Sequence record: NZ_CP110908.1
Length of the DNA stretch: 64,000 nt
Direction: 5' to 3' (one strand)
Origin: a plasmid
In this document: positions 30,467-41,802 of the stretch, piece by piece
How positions within the stretch are numbered: position 1 is the first letter of the stretch
How the letters are laid out: every line of letters begins with the position of its first letter
Position numbers and translations under genes: made by a program
The notes under the pieces: model-generated
What the model was told of the DNA's origin: nothing
The model's input: only the letters and a program-made list of their open reading frames with translations
Database searches by the model: none

Positions 30467-30478
30467 TGCGGTAGCCTA
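30467..30478 (+). promoter_or_regulatory. ops-like element (TGCGGTAGCCTA; ops consensus GGCGGTAGCGTG) upstream of kps region 1
   Basis: 9 of 12 match including the GCGGTAG core, about 150 bp upstream of the lipoprotein/kpsD operon. Confidence 0.4.
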
Positions 30479-30630
30479 CCTTTTTTTTGCCCTTTATTGC
30501 TTCATTTCCTCAGCTATGCGCCTCTGCTCCCTGGCCTTCGGGTCAACTTTTTGGGCAATATAAACAGTCGGGTACCTACGAATTTTTATATTCACACGCC
30601 AGGTTCCGAATACATGGAAAATATTTACAA

Positions 30631-31005
30631 ATGAAGAACGCAACTCGCCTTCTGGTGATTTCGCTCGCCCTCATCCTGAGTGGCTGTGCATATTCCCCGA
30701 AGCAGGTTGAAGCCTCAAGACCGCTTGTAAATCAAGCCGCTTCGACCGATCTCCACGCTATGGCAGCTAACCTGCAACAACCTCTGAACACCCTGCCGCA
30801 GGGCGCTACTCTTAGCGCCAATGGCACCACCTTTACCCTGGGTCAGCGCTATGTCTCTGCCCTGGGGCTGGAATGCATTGAACTGCTGCGTAACCGTAAC
30901 TACAACCAGTCGCAGTGCGGCGTGACCTGCAAGAACGGTGATACCTGGTATCTGATACCGCAACTGGAACAGGCATCTGCCAGCAACTTGCTTGCCGTTC
31001 AATAA
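30631..31005 (+). CDS. Lipoprotein (124 aa), first gene of kps region 1
   Basis: MKNATRLLVISLALILSGC lipobox signal peptide; ORF 30487-31005 trimmed to this ATG. Confidence 0.6.
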   Translation: MKNATRLLVISLALILSGCAYSPKQVEASRPLVNQAASTDLHAMAANLQQPLNTLPQGATLSANGTTFTLGQRYVSALGLECIELLRNRNYNQSQCGVTCKNGDTWYLIPQLEQASASNLLAVQ

Positions 31006-31007
31006 TT

Positions 31008-32786
31008 TTGAAGAGAAATGTTGTGAAGATAACGAAATTTCGGCAATTGAGTGCCATTCTGCTGCTGGCCTGCGCCTCTTGCGCTGCCATTGCCGCCCCT
31101 TCTAAGGAAGATGCTCAGGCCTTTGGAATGAACACTCCGGCAGATACCGGCGACGGCCGACTGCAACTCGGCGGTGATCAGGCGATGAGCGGTCAGGCGA
31201 ACACCTCCTCTACCACCGGGACTTTTACGCAGCAAAACCGCCAGGGCATGTTACTGCCGGGCGAGTCCGACGTGCGTAAATTACTCCCGCAGTCCGAGTC
31301 CGGTCTGCCCCCTCCTTACGGTGCCAACCTGTTTGCCGGTGGCTATGAAACCGAGCGCAGCGACGGTCTGACTGATAATTACCTGATCGCTCCCGGCGAT
31401 AAGCTGAATATCTGGATCTGGGGCGCAGTCAATTTCTCCAACGTCGTCACCGTTGATAATCAGGGTAATATTTTCATCCCTGATGTCGGGCCGATTAATG
31501 TAAAAAACGTAGCAGCAAGTAAAGTCAATAACTTAGTCACCAGCCACATCAGTGAAGTATTTACCAATAACGTTAATGTTTACGTAAATTTACTTACGGC
31601 AACGCCGGTCAGCGTATTTGTGACCGGCCCGGTGATCCGTCCGGGGCAATATGCCGGCCAGTCTTCCGACAGCGTGCTCTATTTCCTGAAACGCGCAGGC
31701 GGTATCGACTCCGATCGCGGCAGCTACCGTCATATTAAGGTGTTGCGTCAGAACCGGGTCATTCAACAGATCGACCTGTACGAGTTTATGCAGCAGGGCA
31801 AAATGCCGAAGCTGGCGCTGAAGGATCAGGACGTGATCCTGGTTGAACCGCAGGGGCCGATGATCAACGTGGCCGGTAAAGTGCGTAACCCGTTCCGCTT
31901 CGAGTTAAAGAACAGCAGCGCGCTGGGCTCCGAGCTTATCGATTACGCTCTGCCGCTCGCGAAGGTGAGCCACGTGGGCGTGATTGGCGATCGCGCCAGC
32001 GGCCCGTTCTCGGTCTATATGCCATATAAAGATTTTGATCGCATTCAGCTGAGCGACGGCGACAAAGTGCTGTTCAACGACGATATGCATGCCCAGGTTT
32101 ACGACGTTCAGGTGATGGGCAGCTACCGTGGGCCATCTTACTTCACCGTGCGTAAAGAGACCCGACTGCACGATCTGCTTAACCATATTCCGATTGACCC
32201 GAACATGGCAGATTACGGCTCGATCTACATCATGCGTAAGAGCGTGGCCGCGCGGCAGAAAGAGATGCTGGAAGACTCCCTGAACCGCCTGGAGCGCAGC
32301 GTGTTTACCGCGCCAGCAAATTCCGACGGTGAGGCTTCCATTCGTACCAAAGAAGCCGAGCTGGTAATGCGCTTCGTGGAAAAAGCCCGCAAGATCCAGC
32401 CGCTGGGGAAAGTGGTGGTGTCGGATAAGGGCGTGATTGCCAACATCCTGCTGGAACAGGGCGACCAGATTGTGATCCCGAACAAGACCGACCTGATTCA
32501 GGTGGGTGGCGAAGTGATGATGCCGCAGGCGGTGGTCTACAACAAAAGCGCCACCCTGGAAGACTATGTGGCCTGGGCGGGCGGCTTTACCGATCGTGCA
32601 AACGATAAGCGTATTGCCGTGGTACATGCCAACGGGCTGATGGAGTTTAAAGACGGCGGTGATGTGATGGCAGGCGATCAGATTCTGGTCATGCCGAAAG
32701 TGGACAGCAAAATGATGCAGTCCATCAAAGATATTACCCAGGTCATCTATCAGGTTGCCGTGGCGGCCAACGTGGTCCTGAATTAA
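31008..32786 (+). CDS. kpsD: Capsule polysaccharide export protein KpsD
   Basis: 592 aa, collinear similarity to E. coli KpsD (DKLNIWIWGA...NQGNIFIPDVGPINV...RAGGID). Confidence 0.85.
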   Translation: MKRNVVKITKFRQLSAILLLACASCAAIAAPSKEDAQAFGMNTPADTGDGRLQLGGDQAMSGQANTSSTTGTFTQQNRQGMLLPGESDVRKLLPQSESGLPPPYGANLFAGGYETERSDGLTDNYLIAPGDKLNIWIWGAVNFSNVVTVDNQGNIFIPDVGPINVKNVAASKVNNLVTSHISEVFTNNVNVYVNLLTATPVSVFVTGPVIRPGQYAGQSSDSVLYFLKRAGGIDSDRGSYRHIKVLRQNRVIQQIDLYEFMQQGKMPKLALKDQDVILVEPQGPMINVAGKVRNPFRFELKNSSALGSELIDYALPLAKVSHVGVIGDRASGPFSVYMPYKDFDRIQLSDGDKVLFNDDMHAQVYDVQVMGSYRGPSYFTVRKETRLHDLLNHIPIDPNMADYGSIYIMRKSVAARQKEMLEDSLNRLERSVFTAPANSDGEASIRTKEAELVMRFVEKARKIQPLGKVVVSDKGVIANILLEQGDQIVIPNKTDLIQVGGEVMMPQAVVYNKSATLEDYVAWAGGFTDRANDKRIAVVHANGLMEFKDGGDVMAGDQILVMPKVDSKMMQSIKDITQVIYQVAVAANVVLN

Positions 32787-32840
32787 CCCTTATAGCGGGC
32801 TCGCCTCATCGCGGGCCCGTTCTGTTATATCGGCCTTCTC

Positions 32841-33641
32841 ATGCTTAAACCTGTTCTCAATCAAACGCCCCGCAGCTCGTTCCAGGTGCTGCGCGATGTA
32901 ACGTTTGGCCTGCTTATACGTGAACTGAAAACACGATTTGGGAGTTACCGACTGGGGTATGCCTGGGCGCTGTTGGATCCGTTGTTGATGATTGGTCTGT
33001 TTAGTGCGATTTTCGGGATGCGTGGACACAGTGGTTTTGGTGGCGCGCCTGCACCGCTCTTTATTACTGCGGGCTATCTGCCATTTATCTTTTTTAAGAA
33101 TGTGGTAAGCAAGCTGCAATCGGCAGTCAATGCTAACAAAGGGTTGTTTTGCTATCGGCAAGTGACACCTTTCTCCACTTTTATCGCCCGGTTTATCCTT
33201 GAAACCATTGTTGGCATGATCGTCGGCGGCATTCTTATCCTGGGATTATTATGGTTTGGGTTTGATGCCGTACCAGCTGACCCGCTGAAAATCATTCTTA
33301 TCTATATGCTGTTTATGGTTTTTTCGTTCTCATTGGGCGTCGTCTTTTGCATTACGGGCAACTTAGTTAACGAGGCCGAAAAATTCCTCGGTTTGTTAAT
33401 GATGCCGTTAATGTTTATCTCCTGCGTTATGTATCCCCTGGCAAGTATCCCGTCACTGTATCAACACTGGTTTTTATGGAATCCCCTGGTACACGCCCTT
33501 GAGCTAATACGCTCTGGCTGGATTGCCGGCTACGCCAGCCCGAACGCCAGTTGGACTTATCTGTTTGGGGTGACACTGGTACTGCTAACGTTTGCTATGA
33601 GTAGCTATCGCCTGAGCCATCGCCGACTGATTGCCAGCTAA
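32841..33641 (+). CDS. kpsM: Capsule ABC transporter permease KpsM (ABC-2)
   Basis: 266 aa, multi-TM. Confidence 0.85.
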   Translation: MLKPVLNQTPRSSFQVLRDVTFGLLIRELKTRFGSYRLGYAWALLDPLLMIGLFSAIFGMRGHSGFGGAPAPLFITAGYLPFIFFKNVVSKLQSAVNANKGLFCYRQVTPFSTFIARFILETIVGMIVGGILILGLLWFGFDAVPADPLKIILIYMLFMVFSFSLGVVFCITGNLVNEAEKFLGLLMMPLMFISCVMYPLASIPSLYQHWFLWNPLVHALELIRSGWIAGYASPNASWTYLFGVTLVLLTFAMSSYRLSHRRLIAS

Positions 33642-33651
33642 GGGGGATAGC

Positions 33652-34302
33652 ATGATTGTTCTGGAAAACGTCTCTAAATATTACCCCACCAAATTTGGCC
33701 GCAATTATGTTTTGCGTGATGTAAACATTACTCTCCCTCGCGATCGCAACATCGGTATTTTGGGTGTTAACGGGGCAGGAAAATCTACCCTTCTTCGCCT
33801 TCTAGGCGGCATGGATATGCCTAATAAAGGCAAGGTCACCCGCCACTGCCGTGTCTCGTGGCCCCTTGCCTTGAATGGAGGTTTCCAAGGAAGCATGACC
33901 GGACGAGAAAACACCCGCTTTGTTTGCCGTATTCATGGAGTAAGGGATACGCAAGCTATTGAGGAGTGGGTAAAAGAGTTCTCGGAAATCGGCCAGCACT
34001 ATGAGTTGCCGATTAAAGGCTACTCTAGCGGGATGAGATCGAAATTTTCTTTTGCTGTAAGTATGGCCTTTGATTTTGATATCTATCTTACTGACGAAAT
34101 CATGTCTGTTGGCGATGCCCGATTTAAGCAGAAATGTATAGATACTTTTAACCAAAAACGCGAGACAGCCAGCCTGATCATGGTTTCACATGATATGAAG
34201 AACCTGCGCCAACAATGCGATATGGGGATTTTGCTGCGCAACAGTGCTCTTGAGGTGTTCGATAATATCGACGACGCCATCCGCATTTATCAAAGTTTGT
34301 AA
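33652..34302 (+). CDS. kpsT: Capsule ABC transporter ATPase KpsT
   Basis: MIVLENVSKYY...GVNGAGKSTLLRLLGG...YSSGMRSKFSF; GGGGGA SD. Confidence 0.85.
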   Translation: MIVLENVSKYYPTKFGRNYVLRDVNITLPRDRNIGILGVNGAGKSTLLRLLGGMDMPNKGKVTRHCRVSWPLALNGGFQGSMTGRENTRFVCRIHGVRDTQAIEEWVKEFSEIGQHYELPIKGYSSGMRSKFSFAVSMAFDFDIYLTDEIMSVGDARFKQKCIDTFNQKRETASLIMVSHDMKNLRQQCDMGILLRNSALEVFDNIDDAIRIYQSL

Positions 34303-34317
34303 TCAACCGATAAAATC

Positions 34318-35520
34318 ATGACCCAACCAATTCGTTCTAACAAAGCATCAGGAATGATGCGTAAGCTGCGCAAGTTAAAAACTAAACCAAAACATTTTAT
34401 TGTCGACTCCAGTGGATTCCGTCTTGCTCAGCAATCATGGAAACAGAGCCTTAAACTCGGCAGTTTCATGTGGGTAGTAGCCTTTTTTTCCATTGCCGTA
34501 GTCTATTTTGGTTTCATCGCTTCGGATCGTTATGTAAGCCGGGCGCAGCTAGTCATTAAACAAGCTGACCAAATAAAAATGTTGCCTGACGCACTGTCAA
34601 TGCTGGGCATTGGTGGAAGTAATCACGAAGATGTATTGCTGGTTCAAGACTATCTGAACTCTCCAGATATGCTTGCAAAACTGGATAAAGAGTTGGGTCT
34701 GAAAGCACATTATCAAAGTCATGATATAGATTATTTCTCTCGGTTATCAGGTGATGTAAGCCAGGAGGATTTCCTCAAATATTATCGGGATCATTTGTCA
34801 TTGCGTCTCGATGACCTCTCAGGTGTGCTTACAGTGGAACTGCAAGCATTTGATCCTGCTTATGGTCAACGCGTGGTGAACCTGATGCTTAAAGAGTCAG
34901 AGGGTTTCATCAATAAACTCGGACATCAGGTAGCACTGGAACAACTGGCCTTCGTCGAAAAAGAGGTCGATCGTGCTTATCAGCGTGTACAGGATGAAAA
35001 AGCGAAGGTTCTTGATTTTCAGAACCAACATAATCTGATTAGCCCCGAATCGACCAGTACTGCCCGTCTGGGTGTGGTCAGCCAGATCGAAAGCGAACTG
35101 GCAAGCCAGCAGGCGCAGCTGAAACAGCTGCAGAGTTATATGAAGGACACGGCGCCTGCTGTCATTTCTATTAAGGCCAGAGTGGAGGCTTTAACTGAGC
35201 AACTGGCCCAGGAAAAAGCCAGACTTACTGGCACGGATCAAAATGCAATGAATGAAGTGACCGCTCGCTATATGGATATTCAGACTCAGGCTACTCTGGC
35301 CGTCGATCTTTATAAAAGCGGTCTTATCAGCCTGGAACAAGCTCGGGTTGAGGCGTACCGCAAGCTTAAACACTTGCTTGTTGTGAGCCAGCCAACGATT
35401 GCACAAGATGCAGAGTACCCACGACGCCTCTATAACCTTGCAACAATCGGTGTACTTCTTTGTCTACTGTATGGATTAATCGTGATGGGACTCGCGACAC
35501 TTCGTGAACATCAGGATTAA
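34318..35520 (+). CDS. kpsE: Capsule export inner-membrane protein KpsE
   Basis: 400 aa, similar to KpsE (YLNSPDMLAKLDKELGL..., C-terminal TM). Confidence 0.85.
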   Translation: MTQPIRSNKASGMMRKLRKLKTKPKHFIVDSSGFRLAQQSWKQSLKLGSFMWVVAFFSIAVVYFGFIASDRYVSRAQLVIKQADQIKMLPDALSMLGIGGSNHEDVLLVQDYLNSPDMLAKLDKELGLKAHYQSHDIDYFSRLSGDVSQEDFLKYYRDHLSLRLDDLSGVLTVELQAFDPAYGQRVVNLMLKESEGFINKLGHQVALEQLAFVEKEVDRAYQRVQDEKAKVLDFQNQHNLISPESTSTARLGVVSQIESELASQQAQLKQLQSYMKDTAPAVISIKARVEALTEQLAQEKARLTGTDQNAMNEVTARYMDIQTQATLAVDLYKSGLISLEQARVEAYRKLKHLLVVSQPTIAQDAEYPRRLYNLATIGVLLCLLYGLIVMGLATLREHQD

Positions 35521-35579
35521 AAAAATATCTAAAATAATTGTTTCTTTATTTTTTGCATAACAATTGTGTTACAAAGTTA

Positions 35580-36346
35580 GGTAATGACTCCAACTTATTG
35601 ATAGTGTTTTATGTTCAGATAATGCCCGATGACTTTGTCATGCAGCTCCACCGATTTTGAGAACGACAGCGACTTCCGTCCCAGCCGTGCCAGGTGCTGC
35701 CTCAGATTCAGGTTATGCCGCTCAATTCGCTGCGTATATCGCTTGCTGATTACGTGCAGCTTTCCCTTCAGGCGGGATTCATACAGCGGCCAGCCATCCG
35801 TCATCCATATCACCACGTCAAAGGGTGACAGCAGGCTCATAAGACGCCCCAGCGTCGCCATAGTGCGTTCACCGAATACGTGCGCAACAACCGTCTTCCG
35901 GAGACTGTCATACGCGTAAAACAGCCAGCGCTGGCGCGATTTAGCCCCGACATAGCCCCACTGTTCGTCCATTTCCGCGCAGACGATGACGTCACTGCCC
36001 GGCTGTATGCGCGAGGTTACCGACTGCGGCCTGAGTTTTTTAAGTGACGTAAAATCGTGTTGAGGCCAACGCCCATAATGCGGGCAGTTGCCCGGCATCC
36101 AACGCATTCATGGCCATATCAATGATTTTCTGGTGCGTACCGGGTTGAGAAGCGGTGTAAGTGAACTGCAGTTGCCATGTTTTACGGCAGTGAGAGCAGA
36201 GATAGCGCTGATGTCCGGCGGTGCTTTTGCCGTTACGCACCACCCCGTCAGTAGCTGAACAGGAGGGACAGCTGATAGAAACAGAAGCCACTGGAGCACC
36301 TCAAAAACACCATCATACACTAAATCAGTAAGTTGGCAGCATCACC
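35580..36346 (-). mobile_element. IS1 with 8-9-bp TSD (CAAAGTTAG)
   Basis: Ends GGTAATGACTCCAACTTATTGATAGTG and ATCAGTAAGTTGGCAGCATCACC; InsA/InsB ORFs present. Confidence 0.9.
35595..36291 (-). CDS. insAB: IS1 transposase InsA/InsB (programmed -1 frameshift gives InsAB')
   Basis: [32 protein letters not shown] (InsA) and InsB-like ORF 35595-36107. Confidence 0.85.
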
Positions 36347-36456
36347 CAAAGTTAGCTTGGTATATTTTCTAATACCAGCAAAAAGACTTCACATTACAAT
36401 TCGTGGGAGAGTCTTTTTCCCACAATCTCTTCCATCATCCTTAAAATTTTACAGCT

Positions 36457-37563
36457 ATGCGAAAACTAAAAAAATTTTTTAGGCATCCTGGAATTTTTGT
36501 TCGGGATCATTTGAATAAGAAATATCCAGTCATTCGTAATGAGATCGCATGCTCTGCGGATGAAGAACATATTTTAATTCGTCATGACCTCGAAATGGAG
36601 GCTCAGATCAAAATTGACTTCCCTATTGATGTTGTTTTTACTTGGGTAGATGATTCGGATCCAAAATGGCAAAAACGTTATAATTACTTTAAGCATTCAA
36701 CAAATAAAGATAGCTTAGGTGAATATGCAACAGATCCGGCCAGATTTAGTAATCATGATGAGTTAAGGTATTCTCTTCAAAGCGTCTTAAAATTTTTACC
36801 TTGGGTTCGGCGAATCTATATTGTTACTGATAATCAATGTCCGGAATGGCTCAAAGCAAGTGAAAAAATTAAGATAATTGATCACAATGAAATAATTCAA
36901 GAGCAATATTTACCAACATTTAATTCTCATGTAATTGAAGCCCATTTACATAAAATTCCTGATTTAGCTGAACACTTTATCTATTTTAACGACGATGTAT
37001 TCGTTGCAAGACCACTTCCCCCAGGCCATTTTTTTAGGAGCAATGGTATTGCATCTTTGTTTATGTCGAAGAAAAGCCTTGCTGTTATGCAAGAAAAAGG
37101 CAAAAACACTCCTACACTTTCAGCCTCACTAAGATCAGCATCTATTTTAAATAATAAATTTAGTTTAATCATCGATAATCCTTTAGTACATACATATGTA
37201 CCACTTCGAAGAACTATGTTTGAAGAAGCATGGAAGGTTTACGAATCTGAGCTTTCAACGTTTCTATCTAATAAATTCAGGACGAATGATGACATCAATA
37301 TGGCAACGTTTTTTGTACCTTGGTTATGTTATATACGCGGTACGGCTGTACCATCCAGGGATATTTGCTATTACTTCAATGTCAGATCCCCGGCGGCGGC
37401 AACATATTTTAAAGCCCTAGAAGTCGCTAAAAAGAAAGGAACTCTTCCACATTCTTTTTGTGCCAATGATTTTAATACAAAAATAACAGCCAACTCTGAT
37501 TATAAAGGGTTGCTAGAATCCGCACTTAAGCAATATTTCGAACACGGTAATAAAAATGATTAA
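36457..37563 (+). CDS. Stealth-family capsule hexose-1-phosphotransferase (kps region 2)
   Basis: 368 aa with Stealth conserved regions ([34 protein letters not shown]); ~30 percent GC. Confidence 0.75.
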   Translation: MRKLKKFFRHPGIFVRDHLNKKYPVIRNEIACSADEEHILIRHDLEMEAQIKIDFPIDVVFTWVDDSDPKWQKRYNYFKHSTNKDSLGEYATDPARFSNHDELRYSLQSVLKFLPWVRRIYIVTDNQCPEWLKASEKIKIIDHNEIIQEQYLPTFNSHVIEAHLHKIPDLAEHFIYFNDDVFVARPLPPGHFFRSNGIASLFMSKKSLAVMQEKGKNTPTLSASLRSASILNNKFSLIIDNPLVHTYVPLRRTMFEEAWKVYESELSTFLSNKFRTNDDINMATFFVPWLCYIRGTAVPSRDICYYFNVRSPAAATYFKALEVAKKKGTLPHSFCANDFNTKITANSDYKGLLESALKQYFEHGNKND

Positions 37564-40500
37564 AAGAAAAGTTAAGAAACTTGTTAAAAACCCAAAATTA
37601 TTCTTTTCTGATATGGTTATTAAGCATAGTGATAAAGTAAGCTATCTTAAGCCAAAGAAAATGGAAGGCAATTATCAATTTACAGTTATATCTGCGATAT
37701 ATAATGTAGATCGGTATTTGAACGAGTTTATTGAAAGCATAATTAAACAACGCCTCGATTTCAAAAAACACATTCAACTAATACTTGTTGATGACGGATC
37801 TATTGATAATTCTGCAGAGATTATTCAACGCTGGCAAAAAAAATACCCCCTTAATATATCTTATATTTACAAGGAAAATGGGGGGCAAGCATCTGCAAGA
37901 AACATTGGCCTTAAACATGTTAAAACTGAATGGGTTACATTTATTGATCCAGATGATTTTGTCAGTAATGATTACTTCCTTGAAATAGATAGATTTATTT
38001 TTAAAAACAGTAATTTAAGTATGGTTGCATGTAATTTAATTTTTTATTACGAAGATAAAAAACAATTTAGTAACACACATCCATTAAGATTTAGATTTGA
38101 AAACGATGCTGTTTATCCAGTTAACGATTTAAAAAAATCTTTTCAACTATCCGCTAGTTCAGCTTTTTTCTTATCAAAACTAATAAAAGACAACAACGTA
38201 ATTTTTGATGAGAGAATTAAACCAAATTTTGAAGATGCCCATTTTATCGCCTCATACCTTTCGCACCCAATTAAATCATTTGTTGGATTTGCTAAAAAAC
38301 CAATTTATTACTATAGAAAAAGAAGTGATGGTTCTTCGACTCTTGATACATCATGGGAGAAGCCTGGCCGTTATAGTGATGTACTCGAATATGGTTACTT
38401 AAATATCCTCGAAAAATATAAATCTAAATTTAATACAGTCCCTTTACATATACAGCGTAGTGTTTTATATGATATGCTTTGGCATTTTAAACGAATTGTT
38501 AACAATCCTGAAAAGGTAAATTTCCTAACAGCCGAACAAAAAAATAATTACCTAATTTTGATTGATAAAGTTTTTAAATTTATTGACAAAAAGACCATTC
38601 TCGATTTTGAACTAGCAGGTTCTTGGTTTTACCATAAAGTTGGTATTATGGCCTGTTTTAAAAATTTGTCTATCGATAATCAAATAGCATATATAGAAGA
38701 TATTGATCGCGCAAAGAACTTAATCCAAATTCGTTACTTTACGCATGACATTACACTTGAACAATTCTTTGTTAACAGCGATGAAATATATCCATCATTC
38801 GCGAAAACGATTAAACATGATTTTTTAGAAAGAACTTTTGTGCTTGAGAGAAGAGTTTGGGTTAATTTTAAAAATATTAATGATATTTTAACCTTAAAAA
38901 TAAGTGGCAAATTTGCCAGATTGTCAATTGCGGGTAAACAATATAAAACAGGTGTTCCTTTTACTATTATTAAAGATTTCTTTGATAGCCAGATTCCTTC
39001 CTATGTTCAAGATGAAAAATATCAGAATGCATGGCTACTAATGGATCGCGATACACAGGCGGATGATAACGCCGAGCATCTTTATCGATATATATCCAGA
39101 CAACATCCAGACCAACCTATATTTTTTGTTTTAAGTAAAAATTCACACGACTGGATACGATTAGAAAAAGAAGGATTTAATTTAATTGAGTTTGATAGTC
39201 AGCAACACAAAGCAGCGGTTATGAGTTGCAGCAAAATAATTAGCTCTCATGCTGATAAATATGTGACAAATTTACTAGGACCAAAAATGCTTTCAGGAAG
39301 ACATTTTGTTTTCCTTCAACACGGTATAACCAAAGATGACCTTTCAAATTGGCTTAATCAGAAAGAAGCTATAGATTGTTTTGTAACGTCTACAGAAAGT
39401 GAATTCAAATCCATTTGTGACGATTATAGTAGATATAAGTATTCTCAAAAAGAAGTAAAATTAACAGGCTTTCCAAGACATGATCATTTGATTAACTGTA
39501 AAGGTAATACAGAGAAATTAATTGTAATTATGCCTACATGGCGAAGAAGTATCGTTGGCAATGTAATCGGTGATGGAAATAGCAGAATGTTAAATCCTGA
39601 CTTTATGAAAACAACATTTGCTAGTCATTGGTATGATTTATTGCATTCTAAAGAGCTTAAAATACTTTCTGAAAAATCAGGCTATAAGATTGCATTTTAT
39701 CCTCACGCTAATATCCAACCTTATCTAAAGCAATTTGAGACCCCCGAATATATTGATGTGATTAATCATAGCTCAGGGTCAATTCAGGATATTTTCAGCA
39801 GAGCAGCTTTAATGATAACTGATTATTCATCGGTTGCATTTGAAATGGCTATTCAAGACAAACAGAGTATTTACTATCAATTTGATGAACATGAATTATT
39901 CTCTGGCGGGCATGTGTATTCGAAGGGTTATTTTGACTATCGAACGAATGGCTTTGGGCCAGTAGTAACTACACTAAACTCATTAATAGATGAATTAAAG
40001 AAAATAATACATAATAATTGCGTACCTACAGCTGTGATCAAAGAAAGAATCGATCATACTTTTCCTAATAGAGACGGTCGCTCTTGCCAAAAAACATTTG
40101 AAGCAATTACAGAATTGGATAAACCCCTTCCCAATAACTTTATAGATATTGATATTGTAGAATCATATGCAGAACATGCCACAAGACAGCAACACTGGAC
40201 CTTATCTCATGCAAGATGGAAATATCTACTTAGTGTATCAGCAAAAAACAATAATATTATAAAGTTAAAAATTGCGGAAAGTTTGCGTGAACAAGGTAAA
40301 TTTACAGATGCTGATAAAATTTTAACAAATATAAATACTACTAAAAAAGACAATAATGCTTTAGCTGTAGAAAAAGCATTATTAGCTATGCGTAGACAGC
40401 AATGGGAACTTGCAATCTACTATTTCAAATCTAGTGAAATTCGCAACGAAAAAGAAGCTATTAGTTACCTTCGCTGTTTAGCTGAATTAGAAATGGATAA

Positions 40501-41740
40501 TGAGTTCAACATAGTTGATACATCCATATACAATACTTTTAAAAGAAAATATGAAGATTATAAAAACTATTGGAAATTAATCTGCGAAGGAAAAAAAGAG
40601 AAAGCGGCTTTAATTTTAGAAAAAAGGATAGTAACATGTACGCATGATGAGCTTGTAACTATGCAACCGCAACTGTTACTTGCAAATACATATTGCCAGT
40701 TAAAACGTTTAACTGATGCAAATCAGCAATTATCCAATTTCGAAAAACATACTAACAACTCTCCATTCTGTCGAGAAATAATAGCACAGTTAGCTTATCT
40801 TAGAAAAAACTGGAATAAAGTTATAGTTCAAGTCAGAACCGCTTATCCAACAATAAATGATACTCCTGAGCCAGTCGTTGTATTAACAATCAAAGCATTA
40901 CAAAATCAGAAGAAAGAATTATCTGCTGCGTTAAATAAAGTAACGAAGCCAGAGACAATAATAAGCAAGTCAATATATCTTCGCGATAAAGGTTTGCTTA
41001 ACCAAGCGCGGTCGCTATTAACTGATAACCGTAATATATTGATTGAGAATAACAACATTAATAATTATAATATCGAGATAGCTAAAATAGAAATTTTACT
41101 TCACAACTGGCAGAAAGCTCTTTCACATTTAGAGCAGTTAACTAAGCTTGATTATGAAACAGGCATGATGAAATTAAAGTGTCTCGCCGAATTACGTAGA
41201 CCTAAAGCAATTCGCCGCGCCTTAAGTGATAGTGAATGGTTCCAAAGCTTGCCACCTTATCAGTATAATTTTGCGGAGTCGCTATTTGAATATTCCAAGG
41301 GTAACATCCAAAGGGCTACAACATTATTAAGCAAAGCATTAATTGAATACCGCCCCGATCTGTTGATCATGCATAAACCTTATTTATGGCTTGCTCGTTG
41401 TTTACGTGAATTGGGGCAACTCGATGCTGCGCATAATGCTCTTCTGGAGCATGAAAAATTATTAAATAATGATCCTCAATGCAGAGAACAAATTGCTCGC
41501 TTAGCAATTAACAATAATAAGTTGAAAAAAGCCATATTTCAACTTGAAAAGGCATATCCAGATTACTCAAGTTTGCCTTTAGATTTAGCAACTATTTTAA
41601 TATTTGCATTAAGAAGTGAAAATAATCACACTCAAGCTGAAAAAGTTATTAAGTCTCTGCCGATTGATTTTGCTTCGAAAATCCCTATTGATACGGAATA
41701 TTCTTTTGAAAATATGTTAAAAGAACCGGCACATTCCTAA
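37556..41740 (+). CDS. Giant multidomain capsule biosynthesis protein: GT2 glycosyltransferase, then CDP-glycerol glycerophosphotransferase (TagB/TagF-like), then TPR repeats
   Basis: 1394 aa. N-terminal [14 protein letters not shown]...[12 protein letters not shown] (GT2). Central ~520-800 [13 protein letters not shown] and FPRHDHL (TagF-like). C-terminal ~550 aa of repeated TPR-like helices. Confidence 0.7.
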   Translation: MIKRKVKKLVKNPKLFFSDMVIKHSDKVSYLKPKKMEGNYQFTVISAIYNVDRYLNEFIESIIKQRLDFKKHIQLILVDDGSIDNSAEIIQRWQKKYPLNISYIYKENGGQASARNIGLKHVKTEWVTFIDPDDFVSNDYFLEIDRFIFKNSNLSMVACNLIFYYEDKKQFSNTHPLRFRFENDAVYPVNDLKKSFQLSASSAFFLSKLIKDNNVIFDERIKPNFEDAHFIASYLSHPIKSFVGFAKKPIYYYRKRSDGSSTLDTSWEKPGRYSDVLEYGYLNILEKYKSKFNTVPLHIQRSVLYDMLWHFKRIVNNPEKVNFLTAEQKNNYLILIDKVFKFIDKKTILDFELAGSWFYHKVGIMACFKNLSIDNQIAYIEDIDRAKNLIQIRYFTHDITLEQFFVNSDEIYPSFAKTIKHDFLERTFVLERRVWVNFKNINDILTLKISGKFARLSIAGKQYKTGVPFTIIKDFFDSQIPSYVQDEKYQNAWLLMDRDTQADDNAEHLYRYISRQHPDQPIFFVLSKNSHDWIRLEKEGFNLIEFDSQQHKAAVMSCSKIISSHADKYVTNLLGPKMLSGRHFVFLQHGITKDDLSNWLNQKEAIDCFVTSTESEFKSICDDYSRYKYSQKEVKLTGFPRHDHLINCKGNTEKLIVIMPTWRRSIVGNVIGDGNSRMLNPDFMKTTFASHWYDLLHSKELKILSEKSGYKIAFYPHANIQPYLKQFETPEYIDVINHSSGSIQDIFSRAALMITDYSSVAFEMAIQDKQSIYYQFDEHELFSGGHVYSKGYFDYRTNGFGPVVTTLNSLIDELKKIIHNNCVPTAVIKERIDHTFPNRDGRSCQKTFEAITELDKPLPNNFIDIDIVESYAEHATRQQHWTLSHARWKYLLSVSAKNNNIIKLKIAESLREQGKFTDADKILTNINTTKKDNNALAVEKALLAMRRQQWELAIYYFKSSEIRNEKEAISYLRCLAELEMDNEFNIVDTSIYNTFKRKYEDYKNYWKLICEGKKEKAALILEKRIVTCTHDELVTMQPQLLLANTYCQLKRLTDANQQLSNFEKHTNNSPFCREIIAQLAYLRKNWNKVIVQVRTAYPTINDTPEPVVVLTIKALQNQKKELSAALNKVTKPETIISKSIYLRDKGLLNQARSLLTDNRNILIENNNINNYNIEIAKIEILLHNWQKALSHLEQLTKLDYETGMMKLKCLAELRRPKAIRRALSDSEWFQSLPPYQYNFAESLFEYSKGNIQRATTLLSKALIEYRPDLLIMHKPYLWLARCLRELGQLDAAHNALLEHEKLLNNDPQCREQIARLAINNNKLKKAIFQLEKAYPDYSSLPLDLATILIFALRSENNHTQAEKVIKSLPIDFASKIPIDTEYSFENMLKEPAHS

Positions 41741-41802
41741 ATTATTAAAGTGATGCTAAAAACTTCAACTATTTCAACTCATTACTTAACGGAAATATTT
41801 TA

